Shown piece by piece: positions 60,536-64,000 of a stretch of DNA of 64,000 nt; position 1 is the stretch's first letter, and each line of letters begins with the position of its first letter. A model generated the notes under the pieces. That model saw only the letters and a list, made by a program, of their open reading frames with translations, was not told where the DNA came from and did not search any database. The stretch covers positions 124,001 to 188,000 of IMG/VR virus record IMGVR_UViG_3300027573_000779. One strand, written 5' to 3'. The position numbers and the translations under genes were made by a program.

Positions 60536-60826
60536 TAACGCGCCGATTTAAATTCTGGTATTTCCATCCAATGCGCCCGAACTGAAGGTAAAGCTATTGT
60601 ACTCGTATAAGTTAAATCATTGTCCGTCATAACAATAATTTTTGTGCCTTGCTGCTCCCATCTTCCAGTAATTTGCTGCCATCCCTCTTTCCGTTTAAGA
60701 GACCAAAGAACGGTGGTTTTTTGTGGAGGTTTCTCTTTCTCGAAATTCTTCCAAATCATAAAAACGATGATAATAAAAGTTTTTAAAATGTCAATGCTCA
60801 AGCGCCGCAGGGCTTAAGCCCTTTTT

Positions 60827-61060
60827 TTAAAACGCCGAGGGGCTAAGCGCCATAGGGGGTTCTGTGTTCCAAGCTTGGTGCCAAATTTGGTTTTCTACTT
60901 GGCTCCCAATCTGTTCCCAAACTTGGTCCCAAATCTGTTCCCAAACTTGGCCCCAAACTTGGCCTTCTATTTGGTTCCAAATTTGGTCCCCAATATGGTG
61001 GTCCCCAATATGGTCCCTAACTTGGTCCATAACTTGGTTCTGAATGTTGTCTCTTGTCAT
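60827..61060 (-). CDS. DQVW-type tetrapeptide-repeat mini-protein (MTxDxI subfamily)
   Basis: MTRDNIQNQVMDQVRD...GQVWEQIWDQVWEQI. Confidence 0.75.
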   Translation of the reverse strand: MTRDNIQNQVMDQVRDHIGDHHIGDQIWNQIEGQVWGQVWEQIWDQVWEQIGSQVENQIWHQAWNTEPPMALSPSAF

Positions 61061-61074
61061 GTTCTTAAGGAGGG

Positions 61075-61284
61075 CTAGGTTTCACTAAAACATTTATTTG
61101 AAATTTGTATCATAACTTCATGCCGTAATTGGTTCCAGTGTTCCTGACCTTGGTAAACTTGGTCCCCAACTTGGTTCCAAACTGCTTGGTTCCCAACTAG
61201 GTTTTGAATACTCTTAAAAGTTTGCCCCAAAACGCCATTATATAACTGATGATGTAACTGATTCTCAATCTTATTTCTAGTCAT
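61075..61284 (-). CDS. DQVW-type tetrapeptide-repeat mini-protein
   Basis: MTRNKIENQ...VWNQVGDQVY. Confidence 0.65.
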   Translation of the reverse strand: MTRNKIENQLHHQLYNGVLGQTFKSIQNLVGNQAVWNQVGDQVYQGQEHWNQLRHEVMIQISNKCFSET

Positions 61285-61486
61285 GTGTCTCTAAAACTTG
61301 GTCCCCAACTTGGGTCCTAACTTGGTTCCGAATTTCTTCTAAAGATGGATGTAAAAAACGTCGCCCCCAAAGTAACGGGTGCGAAGTCGGGTCTTGGATT
61401 TGATTATAAATTTGCTTCAAAATTTGGTCCCAAGTTTGGCCCCAAACTTTTGCGAACACCTGACTCTTAATCTCATCTTTGGTCAT
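61277..61486 (-). CDS. DQVW-type tetrapeptide-repeat mini-protein
   Basis: True start MTKDEIKSQV; GQTWDQI...NQVRTQVGDQV. Confidence 0.65.
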   Translation of the reverse strand: MTKDEIKSQVFAKVWGQTWDQILKQIYNQIQDPTSHPLLWGRRFLHPSLEEIRNQVRTQVGDQVLETHD

Positions 61487-61490
61487 GTTT

Positions 61491-61697
61491 TTAGTAAATT
61501 TTGCTGCACCGAAAAACTTGGTACAAAATTTCATTTTTAATTTCATACCTTATTTGTGGGTCCCAATAATCCTGAATTTGGTTATGAACCTGCTTGCTAA
61601 TTTGGTTGCCAGCTTGGTTGAACAACGGTCTTACAACAAGTTCCGAAGTTTGACCCCGAACAAAAGCATCCTGATTCTCAATCTTATCTTGGGTCAT
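61491..61697 (-). CDS. DQVW-type tetrapeptide-repeat mini-protein
   Basis: MTQDKIENQ...NQISKQVHNQIQDYWDPQI. Confidence 0.6.
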   Translation of the reverse strand: MTQDKIENQDAFVRGQTSELVVRPLFNQAGNQISKQVHNQIQDYWDPQIRYEIKNEILYQVFRCSKIY

Positions 61698-62421
61698 ATT
61701 TTATTAAAAAAGGTAAATACAATTTAATACAAATCTCAGTAGCCACTTTTTCATCAAAACAATATGTAATCGTTCGTTTTTCAAAAGCTTTGTCTAATTC
61801 TTTTTCAGCTTCATCTACTTGTTTGTTTAAATCTTCTTTTTTGTAATTAGCTGGATTAGTTTTAATATCTATTAACCGCGCCGCAAAATCAGGGTTATAT
61901 TTTTTGACATTAACGGGAAAAATCCCGTCAGTAAAAAAATACTTACCAGCCCAAGCAAGCCTAAATAATTGCACCGCATTCTTAAAAGAATAGCCAAACT
62001 CTTCTACCGCCTTGTGCCGCTTTGAACCTAAAAGCCCAGTCCGCTCGCCGTTCATCAATCTTCTTTCCCCAAACATGTAGCCTTTTAAAGATTTATATAA
62101 ATGTTTACTATCAAGCAAAGAAAATTTATGAGTAAGGATTAACGCCCATTCTGGAGAGGGTTTAAAATTCGGCGCTTCATCTGTAAAAAGCAATTCTAAA
62201 GCCTGAGTGTTAGTCTTTCTTAAGCTGGATAAAAAATGTCGAAGCTCAAAAAGAAAAGTATCATCATTTTCTTTTTTAATATCCTGATGGTCGAACCTTT
62301 GGAGACCAATAATCTTTTCGGGTTCTTCGTTTAAAAAACAACCCCTAGCGTCCAAGTCGGACGCTGGAGTATTTAAACCGTAAGCATGACTTCCACCAAG
62401 AGTTGAGTAAATAATCTTCAT
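61684..62421 (-). CDS. Predicted nucleotidyltransferase (PF10127-like, Pol-beta superfamily)
   Basis: GGSHAYGLNTPASDLDARG and NTQALELLF. Confidence 0.9.
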   Translation of the reverse strand: MKIIYSTLGGSHAYGLNTPASDLDARGCFLNEEPEKIIGLQRFDHQDIKKENDDTFLFELRHFLSSLRKTNTQALELLFTDEAPNFKPSPEWALILTHKFSLLDSKHLYKSLKGYMFGERRLMNGERTGLLGSKRHKAVEEFGYSFKNAVQLFRLAWAGKYFFTDGIFPVNVKKYNPDFAARLIDIKTNPANYKKEDLNKQVDEAEKELDKAFEKRTITYCFDEKVATEICIKLYLPFLIKYDPR

Positions 62422-62702
62422 TTTGCTTCAATCTCACAGCACCAAGTTTCAAGAGCATCAAGGTTTTCTCCCTTGTAAATTTCTTCCAGTTTATCGAATT
62501 CGTTCCTCAACGCCGAATGTAAAATGTCCCCAAGTTGACCCCAACCTATATCGTCACAGTCTAAAGAGTGTTTGGCATAAGCGCAAAGACAAGCGTGAAG
62601 CAACCTGTCGTTTCGCCCATTATGTTCATTTAGTTTATGGTAATCGGGCTTTATAAGAGCTTGAATTCCCGTCAATAAATCTTTGTTAATTGGTTCCATA
62701 AA

Positions 62703-63671
62703 TTATTTAGACAACAGCCTAGGATAGGTTTCTTTAATTCTATCTAAAATCAGCCGCCCGTTTTCTGTAATTATACGCCCATTTGCCTTCTCAATTTTCA
62801 TCAAATCGTTCTTTAAGAGATAAATTTCAGCGTCTCTTTGGACCGCTGTCATGGTCTGTCCCGTCTTAGCCGCCAAAGTGGTTAAAGAAACTCCTGTGCC
62901 AGCCTCTAAAATACCCAAAATCTTAACCTCAGAAGGAAGAAGCCCCAAAGGAAGAATAAACAGTTGCGTCTTAATCTCGTTCCATTCCTTCAAAGATAGA
63001 ATCCTTCTGTCGTGACTATCCATATAAAGCTTGATAGACATAGCTATCTGGAAAGACTGCCGCGCATTACCACGAAAACAATCAGAAATATCTTCTAATG
63101 CCTCATCGTGAATTTGATTGGGCGTTATATACTTGAGAAGTATTTTACCAAGTTGCTCCCGAGTATAGCCTTCTAAATCAACTCGTTCCAGCCTGTTAAG
63201 GAAAGCCGCAAAAAGCTTTTGAGGTTCAGATGTGGCAAATATCCATGTAATCTTCCTCAAGTCAAAAACGTAGTCTTTCCCATTAAACAACAACCTATTT
63301 TTATGTTCCTTATTGGGGTTAAGAATAGTCAACAACTCTTCCCTCATCATGTCTTTTGGGAGTTCTGCTGCTTCGTCAAAAAATAAGGTGACTTCGTTTT
63401 CTATTTTTGGCTGCAAAATTTGAGTCATTAACTGAAAGAAACTTTTAACACCCCCACAATTAATTATCGTTAGAGGTTTAATTTTGGTAGGGTTACTGGG
63501 TGTAATCAATTTACTGCTGAAACTTTCCGACAAGACTGTCTTGCCATCGCCCTTTGGACCAGTAAATAGAAGAGGGGGAATTATACCACTTCTATAATAG
63601 TTTTTTAAAAAGAAGCCAAGTTTTAGCTTGGCTCCTTCCTGTCCTATAATGTTATCAAACGAAACACTCAT
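62703..63671 (-). CDS. ruvB: RuvB-like Holliday junction branch-migration ATPase
   Basis: FDNIIGQ, LLFTGPKGDGKT, LFFDEA, FATSE, RGNARQ and a C-terminal winged helix (EIYLLK...GRIIT). Confidence 0.85.
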   Translation of the reverse strand: MSVSFDNIIGQEGAKLKLGFFLKNYYRSGIIPPLLFTGPKGDGKTVLSESFSSKLITPSNPTKIKPLTIINCGGVKSFFQLMTQILQPKIENEVTLFFDEAAELPKDMMREELLTILNPNKEHKNRLLFNGKDYVFDLRKITWIFATSEPQKLFAAFLNRLERVDLEGYTREQLGKILLKYITPNQIHDEALEDISDCFRGNARQSFQIAMSIKLYMDSHDRRILSLKEWNEIKTQLFILPLGLLPSEVKILGILEAGTGVSLTTLAAKTGQTMTAVQRDAEIYLLKNDLMKIEKANGRIITENGRLILDRIKETYPRLLSK

Positions 63672-63680
63672 TCTTTCTTC

Positions 63681-63917
63681 TCATTCTTTCTCGAAATGAA
63701 TCTCTGTAGTTTCCAATGGAATATGCGTTATTAATGTTTCAAGCTTGGCTGTTATTGGGGTGCCTTTAAGTTTGTTCTGGTCTGCCCATTTGCGCCACAC
63801 CGGAATTGGATAGTCGGGCTTAAACAGTTTGTTCAATTCAGACAAAGGCACTTCACAGCAACTCACCGCTCCTGTTTTGCGTCCACTGCCTTCTTTTCTA
63901 GGTTTTTTTTCTATCAT
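63681..63917 (-). CDS. Small hypothetical protein with a basic N-terminus
   Basis: RKEGSGRKTG...VPLSELNKLF. Confidence 0.55.
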   Translation of the reverse strand: MIEKKPRKEGSGRKTGAVSCCEVPLSELNKLFKPDYPIPVWRKWADQNKLKGTPITAKLETLITHIPLETTEIHFEKE

Positions 63918-64000
63918 ACATTAATAAAAACAATTTCTAAAAGCGTTTCTTTCACAATCCCGCTACGCAAATCAGATTGCGGCCAAAACATTGCATCCAT

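Larger units (their letters stand above)
31147..60794 (-). promoter_or_regulatory. Family of about 30 sigma70-type early promoters: TTG(A/C)NN - 16 bp spacer containing AAAAAGA - TANNNT, mostly 6-9 nt before ATG
   Basis: Examples: 31147-31174, 34079-34106, 36877-36904, 38834-38861, 43443-43470, 46504-46531, 48458-48485, 52060-52087. Confidence 0.85.
35426..60846 (-). repeat. Dispersed intergenic hairpin element, consensus (AATAAAC)TARGCCCTGCGGCGCTTGAG(CAT/AG), at least 22 copies
   Basis: Approximate copies: 35431-35454, 37782-37805, 38655-38674, 40889-40909, 41088-41108, 43674-43697, 43935-43958, 45999-46023, 46037-46053, 46531-46553, 46718-46740, 48734-48755, 52696-52717, 54228-54250, 54454-54476, 57205-57227, 57236-57254, 59829-59849, 60292-60313, 60316-60332, 60794-60817, 60830-60846. 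One inverted copy at 39034-39057. Confidence 0.92.

Noticed and set aside
35426-60846. Classical integron attC sites
   Set aside because: No RYYYAAC...GTTRRRY boxes, the element is far shorter than attC, and no intI is seen. Only the logic (hairpin with an extrahelical base at cassette ends) is similar.
35426-60846. Junction element as a Rho-independent terminator or Shine-Dalgarno
   Set aside because: The stem is short, there is no U-tract on the coding strand and no AGGAGG. It sometimes precedes a -35 box rather than a start codon.
54783-61078. GTKF-repeat and PNLV/PKLG-repeat ORFs (e.g. 54783+, 54818+, 54958-, 55527+, 57912+, 57918-, 57958+, 60353+, 60875+)
   Set aside because: These are alternative-frame or antisense shadows of the DQVW repeat, which lacks stops in those frames. 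They have no promoter or coupling support.
42858-61697. Diversity-generating retroelement acting on the DQVW repeats
   Set aside because: There is no RT in the window and no TR/VR pair. Adenines next to the variable position are conserved, which is not the A-to-N pattern.
1-64000. tRNA, rRNA or tmRNA genes
   Set aside because: I saw no cloverleaf with a T-loop GTTCRA in suitable context in the intergenic gaps. tRNAscan-SE or ARAGORN would be needed to exclude them formally.

Overview
The window is a 64-kb slice of a large, AT-rich tailed dsDNA phage (Caudoviricetes). The host is unresolved; one small protein weakly suggests Verrucomicrobia. Bases 1-22.6 kb are morphogenesis and core genes: a 5'-truncated tape measure protein of more than 2,500 aa, tail fibre, probable tail tube, portal, large terminase, ERCC4 nuclease, sigma factor, homing-endonuclease-like gene, PhoH and an AAA ATPase. 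Bases 22.7-30.3 kb are a + strand block of small genes plus a secreted subtilase. After a non-coding convergence zone, 30.6-64 kb is a dense - strand array of small early/accessory genes, including ArdC, DUF2958, GP88-like, macro domain, RNA ligase, DUF932, a nucleotidyltransferase and RuvB-like. Four things stand out. (1) A ~20-30 bp hairpin element, TAAGCCCTGCGGCGCTTGAG(CAT), is repeated at more than 20 gene junctions, giving the array a cassette-like layout with no integrase in view. (2) About 17 paralogous tetrapeptide-repeat (DQVW-type) mini-genes are scattered through the array. (3) About 30 related sigma70-type promoters with a 16-bp spacer sit mostly 6-9 nt from ATG, implying leaderless mRNAs, and often overlap the upstream gene's 3' end. 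(4) The tape measure protein carries cargo domains, including an atypical kinase, bounded by a repeated [ILV]PNFA motif. All counts and family calls were made by eye and from memory; no database was searched.
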